Shown here in pieces: positions 9,317-17,524 of a stretch of 44,825 bases of DNA. The notes below the pieces were generated by a model that was given only the letters and a program-made list of their open reading frames with translations, had not been told where the DNA came from and made no database searches. The translations under genes were made by a program, and so were the position numbers. The stretch comes from a virus. The stretch covers positions 1 through 44,825 of IMG/VR virus record IMGVR_UViG_3300045450_000021. The stretch is one strand, 5' to 3'. The number at the start of each line of letters is the position of its first letter. Position 1 is the first letter of the stretch.

Positions 9317-10033
9317 ATGGCTGAAGTCGGACCAGTGGAACGGATTTACTTCAACGGCAACTGCGAAATCACCACCCTGGCGGACGGCTCTGTTGTCGTT
9401 CAAACCGGGACCTCTGGCGCCCCAGCGTCGGAATTCGTTCTTGGCGCGGATGGCAGTATCCTGGTGAACGGCGCCCCGCTCGCAACCGGTGGCGGTTCTT
9501 CGCCCTCCATCCCTGCTGGCGCCCAGCGCGTCACCCTCGCCAGCAACGGCGACATCAACATCCTGACTGGCAGTGATGGCGATGGCGCGCTGTTCACCCT
9601 CACCAAGGCTGGCAAGCTGCTGATCAACGGTGCCGAGCTTTCCGCAGGTGGCAGCGCGGCCGAACCCGCCTGGGTTACCCCTGTCCTGCTGAACGGCTGG
9701 CGCCAGGGTCAGCCTGGCCAGGAATACCCGCGCGAACCAGTCCGTTACCGCCGTGTCGGTAACAAGATCGAGTTCACCGGCCAGCTGGACGGCGCCCTGG
9801 CCAACCAGGCTGCCGGCCCGAACAACCTGCTGTTCCGTCTTCCTGCCGCGCTGGCGCCCCTGGTCCAGTACCAGAAGCCCATTGCGGTGTGCGTAAACGG
9901 CACCGTTATGGGTCAGGTAAAGGTCTTCAGCAACGGCAGCACCATCGGTGTCTATTACACCAACGGCGTCGTTGCCCAGGGTCAGACCATCAACCTGCAC
10001 ATGAACGGCTGCTACTTCTACCTGGACGTTTAA
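9317..10033 (+). CDS. Fibre-like / receptor-binding-like protein in its own small transcription unit
   Basis: 238 aa with an AAAGGAA RBS. N-terminal Gly-rich repeats (DGSVVVQTG, DGSILVNGAPLATGG, NGDINILTGSDG, AGKLLINGAELSAGG) and a globular C-terminus. Hairpin upstream, strong terminator downstream. Confidence 0.6.
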   Translation: MAEVGPVERIYFNGNCEITTLADGSVVVQTGTSGAPASEFVLGADGSILVNGAPLATGGGSSPSIPAGAQRVTLASNGDINILTGSDGDGALFTLTKAGKLLINGAELSAGGSAAEPAWVTPVLLNGWRQGQPGQEYPREPVRYRRVGNKIEFTGQLDGALANQAAGPNNLLFRLPAALAPLVQYQKPIAVCVNGTVMGQVKVFSNGSTIGVYYTNGVVAQGQTINLHMNGCYFYLDV

Positions 10034-10056
10034 TCGTCCCCACAGGCACGCCTGTT

Positions 10057-10083
10057 GCCGTCCTTCGGGGCGGCTTTTTTATT
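10057..10083 (+). terminator. Rho-independent terminator
   Basis: GCCGTCC-TTCG-GGGCGGC hairpin followed by TTTTTTATT. Confidence 0.8.
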
Positions 10084-10088
10084 CCTGC

Positions 10089-10128
10089 AAAACCCCAAGT
10101 GGAAGGCCAAACACGCACCTGCAAGACT
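10089..10128 (+). promoter_or_regulatory. Late box copy 2: AAAACCCCAAGTGG-N20-AAGACT, predicted late promoter for the sheath-to-D operon
   Basis: Exact 14-mer immediately after a terminator and 65 nt upstream of the sheath ATG. Same spacing and hexamer class as the other copies. Confidence 0.65.
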
Positions 10129-10166
10129 TCGCGCACATTCAATAAATCTGCGCGGACTCAACCGAT

Positions 10167-11594
10167 ATGGCCGAAGCATTCTTGCACGGCGTCGAAGTTC
10201 TGGACATCGACACTGGCGCACGCACAATCTCCACCGTCAGCACCAGCGTGATTGGTGTCATCGGCACCGCGCCGAATGCTGACGCAACCGCCTTCCCGAT
10301 CAACACCCCCGTACTGATCACCGGCAGCCTCACTCAGGCCGCCAAGCTGGACATCCTGGGCACTGGCGAAGGCACCCTGCCTGGCGCCATTGACGCCATC
10401 CTGGATCAGACCGGCGCCGTCATCGTGGTGGTGCGCGTCGAGAAGGGCGCCACCGATCAGGTCACCCTGGCAAACATCCTCGGCGGCGCCGACGCTGCTA
10501 CCGGCAAGTACCTGGGTGTCCACGCCTTCCTGGGTGCCAAGTCCTTGCTGGCAGCCCAGCCCCGCCTGCTGATCGCCCCCGGCTTCACCCATACCCGCGT
10601 GGCGGATGGCGTCTCGGCCATCGACGTGACCGATGGTGGCAGCGGCTACGCAGTGGCCCCGACCGTGACCATCAGCGGTGGCGGCGGCACTGGCGCACAG
10701 GCGGTGGCAACCGTCGCTGGCGGCAAGGTCACCAAGATCACCGTGACCAAGGCCGGCAAGGGCTACACCAGCGCTCCGACCCTGGCCATCTCCGCGCCCA
10801 CCGTCGCTGGTGGTGCAAACGCTACTGCCACCGCATCGTTCGGCGTGGTCGGCAACGCAGTGGTGGCCGAGATGCTGGGCATCGCAACCCGCTTGCGCGC
10901 CCACGTCATCGCTGACGGCCCGAACACCAACGACGCCGACGCCATCGCCTACCGCAAAGACTGGGGCTCGCGACGCGTCTACGTGGTGGACCCGAAGGTC
11001 ATCGTCACCGACGAAAGCGGCGCCACCGTTACCGAGTGGTCCAGCCCGCGCATCTCCGGCCTGATTGCCCGCGTGGACAATGAGCTGGGTTACTGGCGCT
11101 CGCCGTCCAACCAGGAAATCTTCGGCATCCAGGGCACCAGCCGCCCCATTGACTTCACCCTGGGGGACACCAGCTCGCGCGCCAACCTGCTGAACGCCAG
11201 CGAGGTGGCCACGATCATCCGTGAAGACGGCTTCCGCCTCTGGGGCAACCGGACCTGTTCGTCCGACCCGCGCTACGCCTTCCTGTGCGTCAGCCGCGTG
11301 GCCGACATCCTGGCCGACAGCCTCCAGGCCGCCCACATGTGGGCAGTAGATCGCGGCATCACCAAGACTTACGTTGATGATGTCGTGGAAGGCGTGAACG
11401 CTTTCCTGCGCACACTGGCAGTCAAGGGCGCCATCCTGGATGGTAAGTGCTGGGCTGATCCCGACCTGAATACCCCTTCGGAAATCGCCGCAGGTCGGAT
11501 ATACTTCAACTTCGACTGGGGCCCTGTCTACCCGGCAGAGCGCATCACCTTCCGCATGTTCATGAACAACGATTATATCGAGGACATTTTCTGA
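10167..11594 (+). CDS. Contractile tail sheath protein (P2 FI-like) with an inserted Gly-rich repeat domain
   Basis: N-terminus FLHGVEVLDIDTGARTISTVSTSVIGVIGTAP and a C-terminal sheath-like region. The insertion lies at about 10620-10850. Confidence 0.9.
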   Translation: MAEAFLHGVEVLDIDTGARTISTVSTSVIGVIGTAPNADATAFPINTPVLITGSLTQAAKLDILGTGEGTLPGAIDAILDQTGAVIVVVRVEKGATDQVTLANILGGADAATGKYLGVHAFLGAKSLLAAQPRLLIAPGFTHTRVADGVSAIDVTDGGSGYAVAPTVTISGGGGTGAQAVATVAGGKVTKITVTKAGKGYTSAPTLAISAPTVAGGANATATASFGVVGNAVVAEMLGIATRLRAHVIADGPNTNDADAIAYRKDWGSRRVYVVDPKVIVTDESGATVTEWSSPRISGLIARVDNELGYWRSPSNQEIFGIQGTSRPIDFTLGDTSSRANLLNASEVATIIREDGFRLWGNRTCSSDPRYAFLCVSRVADILADSLQAAHMWAVDRGITKTYVDDVVEGVNAFLRTLAVKGAILDGKCWADPDLNTPSEIAAGRIYFNFDWGPVYPAERITFRMFMNNDYIEDIF

Positions 11595-11595
11595 T

Positions 11596-12102
11596 ATGGC
11601 CGCCGAAGACGTACTGAAGAACATTAACCTCTTCGTTGACGGTCGCGGCTATGCCGGAAAAGTCAGCGAGTTCACCGAACCGAAGCTGACCCTTCAGGAA
11701 GAGGACTACCGCGCCGGGGGCATGGACCTGCCTATCGGAATCACCATGGGCATGGAGAAGCTGACGGCCGACTTCACCCTGATGACCTATGACCGCGCGG
11801 TCATGGCTCTGTGGGGCGTGAAGCAGGGCAACGGCGTAGCCTTCACCTTGCTGAAGGCACTCGAAGACCTGGACGGCAACGTTACTCAGGTCAAGCACAA
11901 CATGCGCGGCAAGATCAGCGAGATTGACTCGGGCACTTCCAAGCCCGGTGAGCTGCCTTCTCTGAAGCTGACCCTGTCGCTGACCTATTACAAGATGACC
12001 CACGGCGGCCAGGTGGTCCACGAAATCGACGCCGAGCGGATGATTCGCGTGGTCAACGGCACCGACATGCTGGCAGCCATCCGCGCAGCACTTCAGATGT
12101 AA
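11596..12102 (+). CDS. Tail tube protein (P2 FII-like)
   Basis: NINLFVDGRGYAGKVSEFTEPKLTLQEEDYRAGGMDLPIGITMGMEKL is the FII signature. Confidence 0.9.
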   Translation: MAAEDVLKNINLFVDGRGYAGKVSEFTEPKLTLQEEDYRAGGMDLPIGITMGMEKLTADFTLMTYDRAVMALWGVKQGNGVAFTLLKALEDLDGNVTQVKHNMRGKISEIDSGTSKPGELPSLKLTLSLTYYKMTHGGQVVHEIDAERMIRVVNGTDMLAAIRAALQM

Positions 12103-12105
12103 TCC

Positions 12106-12135
12106 AGGGCGGCGCAGACCGCCCTTCCATTTCTA
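12106..12135 (+). terminator. Possible attenuator hairpin after the tube gene
   Basis: AGGGCGG-N6-CCGCCCT followed by a weak T-tract (TCCATTTCT). Confidence 0.3.
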
Positions 12136-12153
12136 CACAGGCGAAGAAAGATC

Positions 12154-12432
12154 ATGGCAAATCAGCCCGATTGGCTCAAGGAAGTTGCGGACGGTTACGA
12201 AGTCACCCTGGCTAAGCCCACCAAGATCATGGGCACCGAAGTCACGGTCATTAAGATGCGCGAACCTCTGGTAAAAGACCAGGAGGCGACCCAGTCCATG
12301 GATGGCAGCGACGCCAGCCGGGAAATCCATGAGTTCGCGAACCTCTGCGGCGTGGCCCCGGATGACATTCGCGGCATGACCCTGCGCAACTACCAGCGTT
12401 TGCGGGCGGCATACCTGTCTTTTCTCGCCTAG
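12154..12432 (+). CDS. Tail assembly chaperone E (P2 gpE-like)
   Basis: 92-aa ORF between the tube and tape-measure genes. Confidence 0.8.
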   Translation: MANQPDWLKEVADGYEVTLAKPTKIMGTEVTVIKMREPLVKDQEATQSMDGSDASREIHEFANLCGVAPDDIRGMTLRNYQRLRAAYLSFLA

Positions 12433-12560
12433 ATCGCCGCTACATCCGCGACGGCGTTCTGACGCTGGCCAGTTATACCGGCTGGTCACTAGCGGAAATC
12501 ACTTCAATGCGTGTGTCCAGGTTCCTCTGGTTCCTGGATGGTCTCCCCAAGGATAAATGA
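12154..12560 (+). CDS. E+E' frameshift product (predicted -1 programmed frameshift near 12418-12424)
   Basis: The -1 frame is open from the TCTTTTC run at 12418-12424 to the TGA at 12558-12560. It encodes ...YIRDGVLTLASYTGWSLAEITSMRVSRFLWFLDGLPKDK and ends in overlap with the tape-measure ATG, the canonical E/E' geometry. Confidence 0.65.
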
Positions 12561-14860
12561 TGGCGAACAAACGCCTCAATGCGGTAATCACAATCGGGGG
12601 CGCGCTAAGTGCGTCCCTCGGAAACGCATTCGACGGCGTCAAGAACAAGGTTGGCCAGGTCGGGTCTGCCTTGCGCCGCATGGAGACTGAGCAGCGCACC
12701 CTGACGAACGCCATCCGTGTGTTCGGCATGGAGGGCAAGAACGTCGATGGCCTGCGCGCCAGATACGCCACCCTAACCAGCCAGGTTGACCGCCTACGCG
12801 CAGCCCAGGAGCGACTGAACCGCGTCCAGGGCGCCAAGCAGGCCAACCAGGCGCGCCGGGGCGAGCTGCGCGGCCAGATGGCGGACACCGCCGCACTGGC
12901 AGTCACCGCCGCCGCACCCGTTACCGTCGCCATCGACCGCGAGACGCATGCCCTGGGCATCGCCAAGCAGCTGCAAGGCGCACGCGACGAAGCCGGGAAC
13001 CTGACCCAGAAGTTCTGGGACATGCGCAAGCAGATTGTTGGCCTGGGCAGTGAAATCCCGATGGCCACCAACGACCTACTGGACCTGGCCACTGCCGGCC
13101 TACGCATGGGCGTTGGCGGTGACGAAATTGCAGGCTTCACCACCAACGTAGCCAAACTGGCATCCGCCCTGGAGCTGCCAGCCGAAGAGGTGGGCGACCA
13201 GTTCGGCAAGATCAAGAACGTCTACAAGCTGTCCCTGGATGAGCTGAAGCGCCTGGGCGACGCGGTCAACTACCTGGACGACCAGAACACCGTCAAAGGT
13301 GGCGAGCTGATCGACTTCCTCCAGCGCGTCGGTGGCTCTGCCGGCATGGCGAAGGTCACCGCCCAGGAGATGGCCGGCATTGGTACGGCGCTGATCAGCA
13401 TGGGCGAGAGCGCCGACACGGCAGCCACGTCCACTCGCGCGCTGTTCACCAAGCTATCGGCCGGCGCCAGCGGCACGAAGAAAGCCAAGGAAGCTCTGGT
13501 TTCCATGGGGCTGAATCCTGCTGCCGTCGCCAAGGGCATGCAGAAGAGCGCCGTTGGCACCATCGCTGAGGTGATGAAGCGCATCAACAAGCTGGCGCCC
13601 GACAAGCGCACTGGCGTCATCACCGAGATTTTCGGCCTGGAGCACGTAGGCCAGATTTCCAAGCTGGTGACCGGCACCAAGGAAGTGGCAACCGCCATCG
13701 AGCAGGCCAACCAGGCATCGCGCGAAGGCACGTCCGTCGAGAAGGAATTCAACAACACCCGGAACAGCACCGCCTCTCGCCTGAAGATACTGCGCAACCA
13801 GGTTGGCGACGTGGCCGACAATATCGGCACCGTCCTGCTGCCGGCTGTCAACGACATCGCTGACGCCCTGGGGCGCGCCACCAAGCCGCTGGCGGCCTTC
13901 GCTGAGCAGCATCCGCTGGTCACCAAGGTGGTAGTGGGAACCGCCACTGCGCTGGTCGGCTTGCGCGTCGCCACGCTGGTGGGCGCCTACGCCTTCACGT
14001 TCATGCGCGGTGCTGCCCTCCAGGTTGTCGGCGCCCTGGCAACCGTCCGTGCGCAGATGGCACTGTCTGCCATCTCCAGTCGCGCCCTGGCCGCCTCCAA
14101 CGCCCTGGCAGGTAGCAGCCTGATGCGCGTCGCTACGGCGGCCCGCGTCGCCGGCCTGGCACTGGTGACCACTCCGATTGGCGCCGCTGTCGCAGCCATC
14201 GCCGCTGGCGGCCTGCTGGTCTACAGGTATTGGGACAGGGTCAAGGCATTCTTCTCCGGGTTCGGCGCCGGTCTGGTTGCCGGCCTCCAGCCTGCCGTGG
14301 AGGTGTTCCGCGCCTGGGTTGCCACCATGGCGCCAATCCAGCCGCTGATTGACGGCGTAGGCTCTGCCGTGAAGACGGCGTGGGAATGGTTCACCAAGCT
14401 TCTGGAGCCAGTCACCAGCAGCAAAGAGCAGCTGGCCGGCGCCACGACTGCCGGCGAGAAGTTTGGCCGGATCGTGGGTGGTGCCATCAACCTGGCCCTG
14501 GCCCCGCTACAGGCGCTCATCAAGGGCATGACCTGGGTCAGCAACAACGCTGGGTCGATCCTGAACGGTGTTGGCTCTGCCTTCTCCAAGGCTCGTAGCC
14601 TGCTGCCGGAATGGGCTGGCGGAACCCCTGCCGACCAGGGCTCGACCAGTGGCGCTTCGACGCCGACCCTGCCTGCCGTTCCGGCCATCGCCGCGAGCAA
14701 GGGCGGTGGCACGGTGAACGACAACAGCCAGACGAAAATTTACGTCACCCAGCAGCCTGGCCAGAGCGCAAGCAACCTGGCTGATGAGGTGATGCGCAAG
14801 ATGGAAGAGAAGAAGGCGACGCGCAATCGTGGCGCCATGCATGACGGGGCGACACAGTAA
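12557..14860 (+). CDS. Tail tape measure protein
   Basis: 767 aa, Ala/Gly-rich, with hydrophobic segments. Located after E/E'. Confidence 0.9.
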   Translation: MMANKRLNAVITIGGALSASLGNAFDGVKNKVGQVGSALRRMETEQRTLTNAIRVFGMEGKNVDGLRARYATLTSQVDRLRAAQERLNRVQGAKQANQARRGELRGQMADTAALAVTAAAPVTVAIDRETHALGIAKQLQGARDEAGNLTQKFWDMRKQIVGLGSEIPMATNDLLDLATAGLRMGVGGDEIAGFTTNVAKLASALELPAEEVGDQFGKIKNVYKLSLDELKRLGDAVNYLDDQNTVKGGELIDFLQRVGGSAGMAKVTAQEMAGIGTALISMGESADTAATSTRALFTKLSAGASGTKKAKEALVSMGLNPAAVAKGMQKSAVGTIAEVMKRINKLAPDKRTGVITEIFGLEHVGQISKLVTGTKEVATAIEQANQASREGTSVEKEFNNTRNSTASRLKILRNQVGDVADNIGTVLLPAVNDIADALGRATKPLAAFAEQHPLVTKVVVGTATALVGLRVATLVGAYAFTFMRGAALQVVGALATVRAQMALSAISSRALAASNALAGSSLMRVATAARVAGLALVTTPIGAAVAAIAAGGLLVYRYWDRVKAFFSGFGAGLVAGLQPAVEVFRAWVATMAPIQPLIDGVGSAVKTAWEWFTKLLEPVTSSKEQLAGATTAGEKFGRIVGGAINLALAPLQALIKGMTWVSNNAGSILNGVGSAFSKARSLLPEWAGGTPADQGSTSGASTPTLPAVPAIAASKGGGTVNDNSQTKIYVTQQPGQSASNLADEVMRKMEEKKATRNRGAMHDGATQ

Positions 14861-15855
14861 TGGGCGCAGCACTGGGGCAGTCCGTTGCCCAATCCATCAT
14901 GATGCAGCTGGGTAGCTTCCAGTTCGGCATCGCCACTGCGGCCTACCAGGAGCTGCGGCGGCGAACTGAATACCGCTGGCCATCCCAGGACCTCTACGAC
15001 AAACTGCCGGCGCTCCAGTACACCGGGCCTGGCCAGGACACCATCACGCTGACTGGCGTCATCTACACCGAGTATGTGGGCACGCCCTACATGCTGGCGA
15101 AGATGCGCGCCCTGGCGAGCCGTGGCCTGCCTCTGCCGCTTACCAGTGGCGCAGGCTCTCCCATGGGGCGCTGGGTCATCGAGAGCGTGGATGAAGGCCA
15201 GTCCGTCTTCATGGGTGCTGGCGTCCCGCGCAAGCAGGAATTCACCCTCCAGCTTAAGCTGTTCGACCGCGAACAGGCCGAGCAGACGGACATCCTCAAA
15301 GCCGTGGTTGCCGCTGCCAGCGGGGTTCCCAGCACGGCAACGCCCAGCGCGACGGCGCCGACCACCGTCCTGGGCAAGGTGCAGGCATCAGTGGGCGGCT
15401 TCCTGTCCAACGCGGCCAAGACTGCCAGCGACATGGTGCGCTCCACGACATCGGCGCTCCAGGCAGTCCAGGAGAAGGCAGGCGAGATTGGCGCCGTGGT
15501 TGGTCCGGTGGTTTCAGGCGTGCAGACCGCCGTCAGCACCGCAAGGAATTTGCAGAGCACCGTCAACACACTGAAGCTCACCGCAGGGAACATCAGCTCG
15601 CTGAGCGATGTCACCAGCGTGATTGACAGCGTGTCGTCAGTGGCCGGCGCAGCATCCAACGCCGGCTCTCTGGCGTCTGCCGCAGCGAAAACTGTTGGCG
15701 TGGACCTATCGGCCAGCGGCGCTTCAGCTGATACAATATCGGCAGTCAAAGAGTGCCAGGCCGCCTGCGGGCGTGCTGCGGTGGAGGCTTCCGGCATCTA
15801 CTCGCAAGGCAATTCAATCCTGAAGGACGCACGAAGCCTGTTCGCCCATGATTAA
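14860..15855 (+). CDS. Tail protein U (P2 gpU-like) with a roughly 170-aa Ala/Ser/Val-rich C-terminal extension
   Basis: N-terminal MMQLGSFQFGIATAAYQELRRRTEYRWPSQD...TLTGVIYTEY is gpU-like. The rest is low complexity. Confidence 0.8.
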   Translation: MGAALGQSVAQSIMMQLGSFQFGIATAAYQELRRRTEYRWPSQDLYDKLPALQYTGPGQDTITLTGVIYTEYVGTPYMLAKMRALASRGLPLPLTSGAGSPMGRWVIESVDEGQSVFMGAGVPRKQEFTLQLKLFDREQAEQTDILKAVVAAASGVPSTATPSATAPTTVLGKVQASVGGFLSNAAKTASDMVRSTTSALQAVQEKAGEIGAVVGPVVSGVQTAVSTARNLQSTVNTLKLTAGNISSLSDVTSVIDSVSSVAGAASNAGSLASAAAKTVGVDLSASGASADTISAVKECQAACGRAAVEASGIYSQGNSILKDARSLFAHD

Positions 15856-16057
15856 GTACGTGACGGCAGACGGTGACACCGTCGATTACATCTGCTGGAA
15901 GCAGTACGGCACCCACGAAAACCGAGTGGCCGAACAGCTGCTGGAAGCGAACCCTGGCCTGGCCGCTCGCGGGCCTGTCCTGCCGGCTGGCGTCATCATC
16001 TACCTGCCTGAAGTCGTGAAGGCAGAGGCCACCGAAGGTGTGCGGCTGTGGAGCTGA
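15848..16057 (+). CDS. Tail protein X (LysM-like)
   Basis: MIKYVTADGDTVDYICWKQYG...ANPGLA...LPAGVIIYLPEV matches the gpX pattern. Confidence 0.85.
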   Translation: MIKYVTADGDTVDYICWKQYGTHENRVAEQLLEANPGLAARGPVLPAGVIIYLPEVVKAEATEGVRLWS

Positions 16058-17142
16058 CCGAAGGCATCCATCCTGACTGGCGCCTGGTGGCGAACAGCCA
16101 GGACATCACCGACACCATCAAGGCCCGCCTGATCAGCCTATCTCTGACGGACGAATCTGGCATGGACAGCGACGTGCTGGAAATCGTGCTGTCCGACAAC
16201 GACCCGGAAAACCCCATCAGGAAGCCGCCGAAGGGCGCCGAGCTGCGTTTCTCGCTGGGCTACGATGGCAACCTGAAGGACATGGGGCTGTTCGTCGCGG
16301 ATGAATTCGAGATTGCCGGCTGGCCTGGTGAGCTGACCATCCGCGCGCGGGCCGCCATCTTCGGCGCCAGCAAGGGTGGCAAAACCAACCTACAATCCCA
16401 GAAGAACCGGGATTGGCCGAAGGGCACGAAGCTGGGCGCCATGGTGGCGAAGATCGCCAAGGACCACGGCATGGAGTCGGCCGTGGCCGCCGACCTGAAG
16501 GGCATCACCCTGCCACACATCGACCAGGCCGACGAATCGGACATCAACCTGCTGATCCGGGTGGCCAAGAAGTACGATGCCATTGTGAAGCCGGCGGACG
16601 GCAAAATCATCCTGGCCAAGCGCGGGTCCACCAAGTCGGTAGGCGGCAAGCAGATGCCCACCATCGAGCTGGAGCCCTACCAGTGCAGCCGGTTCCGCCT
16701 GGTCGATTCCTCGCGCGAAACAGCCGGCACGGTGGTGGCCTACTGGCATGCCGTGAAGCAGGCCAAGCGCAATGAGGTGAAGGTGGGCGACGGCGAGCCG
16801 GTGACCCGCCTCAAGACGTACTACCCCACCCAGGACATGGCCCTGGCCGCCGCCCGCGCCGACCTGTCCCGCCGCTCGCGCAACGCCGTGACCCTATCCA
16901 TCGAGACGGTTGGGGCGCCCGAATACGCGGCAGAGTGCCCCTTGAAGCTGCCTCTGACCTGGCACCCGGATGTTGCCGGGGACTGGGTGGTCAAGCGGGT
17001 CGTCCACAACCTTGGGTCGGACGGCTACCGCTGCCAGCTGGAGGGCGAGAAGCCGGACACCAGCGACGGCGCGAAAGTGGCCGTTGTGCAACACGGCACC
17101 AAGGCGCCTGTGCTGGATGACAGCTGGTTGGATAAGCTGTGA
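16048..17142 (+). CDS. Late control / tail protein D (P2 gpD-like)
   Basis: 364 aa with a GTG start. DITDTIKARLISLSLTDESGMDSDVLEIVLSD is the gpD signature. Confidence 0.85.
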   Translation: MELTEGIHPDWRLVANSQDITDTIKARLISLSLTDESGMDSDVLEIVLSDNDPENPIRKPPKGAELRFSLGYDGNLKDMGLFVADEFEIAGWPGELTIRARAAIFGASKGGKTNLQSQKNRDWPKGTKLGAMVAKIAKDHGMESAVAADLKGITLPHIDQADESDINLLIRVAKKYDAIVKPADGKIILAKRGSTKSVGGKQMPTIELEPYQCSRFRLVDSSRETAGTVVAYWHAVKQAKRNEVKVGDGEPVTRLKTYYPTQDMALAAARADLSRRSRNAVTLSIETVGAPEYAAECPLKLPLTWHPDVAGDWVVKRVVHNLGSDGYRCQLEGEKPDTSDGAKVAVVQHGTKAPVLDDSWLDKL

Positions 17143-17146
17143 CCGC

Positions 17147-17223
17147 TGGCGACCCCGGCAGGAATCGAACCTGCGACATCCGACTTAGAAGGTCGGCGCT
17201 CTATCCGGCTGAGCTACGGGGCC
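17147..17223 (-). tRNA. tRNA-Arg (anticodon TCT), full length with encoded CCA
   Basis: The reverse complement folds as a cloverleaf: 7-bp acceptor stem (one G-T pair), GCTC/GAGC D stem, CCGAC/GTCGG anticodon stem with loop CTTCTAA, GCAGG/CCTGC T stem with loop TTCGATT. Confidence 0.9.
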
Positions 17224-17257
17224 AGTGATTCGCGGTTATGAACGGTGAAGCTTTTCC

Positions 17258-17281
17258 ACAAGTACACCCACAAGTACACCC
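17258..17281 (+). repeat. Tandem ACAAGTACACCC x2, candidate integrase arm-type sites
   Basis: Exact 12-bp tandem duplication between the tRNA and int. Confidence 0.6.
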
Positions 17282-17482
17282 TTTTGTAACCCGACCAGTC
17301 CTAAGCCATTGTAATCATTACGCTTTTTGCCTGAGCGGAACTGCTTAGAAGGCGGTTTCAGTGCCATATTCGGGAATCACGCTGGGTCACCCTGACTGCC
17401 GCTAATCCATTGCAGTTGTTGGGCTTTTGGAGGACGATAGGGCTAAGCCACTGGGGCTGAAGCGGCTTTTGACTTTCCGCTT

Positions 17483-17524
17483 AGGACACCCAAAGGTACA
17501 CCCTAGAACACCCCAGGAGACACC
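17483..17524 (+). repeat. Four phased (A/G)GnACACC(C) repeats abutting the int start, candidate arm-type sites
   Basis: AGGACACCC, AAGGTACACCC, AGAACACCCC and AGGAGACACC at 10-11 bp spacing. They share the ACACCC core with the 17258 repeats. Confidence 0.55.

Noticed and set aside
5871-10033. A diversity-generating retroelement or invertible (Cin/Gin-type) host-range switch in the fibre region.
   Set aside because: The genome has no reverse transcriptase and no serine invertase. I saw no template/variable repeat pair or inverted crossover sites.
9889-10282. Track ORFs 9889-10251 and 10055-10282, which run across the terminator and late box 2.
   Set aside because: They cross a strong terminator and a promoter-like region, have odd composition, and overlap the ends of real genes.
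10158-11624. 488-aa minus-strand ORF antisense to the sheath gene. Similar long antisense ORFs occur at 30322-31674, 38961-40088, 39709-41106, 25478-26371 and 2606-3277.
   Set aside because: These are typical high-GC shadow ORFs. They are Arg/Gly/Ala/Val-rich with no motifs, and they fully overlap genes with strong homology signatures on the other strand.
17335-17365. A second partial tRNA copy (CTTAGAAGG shared with the tRNA anticodon arm) as an att duplication.
   Set aside because: Only 9 nt match and there is no flanking similarity. This is compatible with chance.
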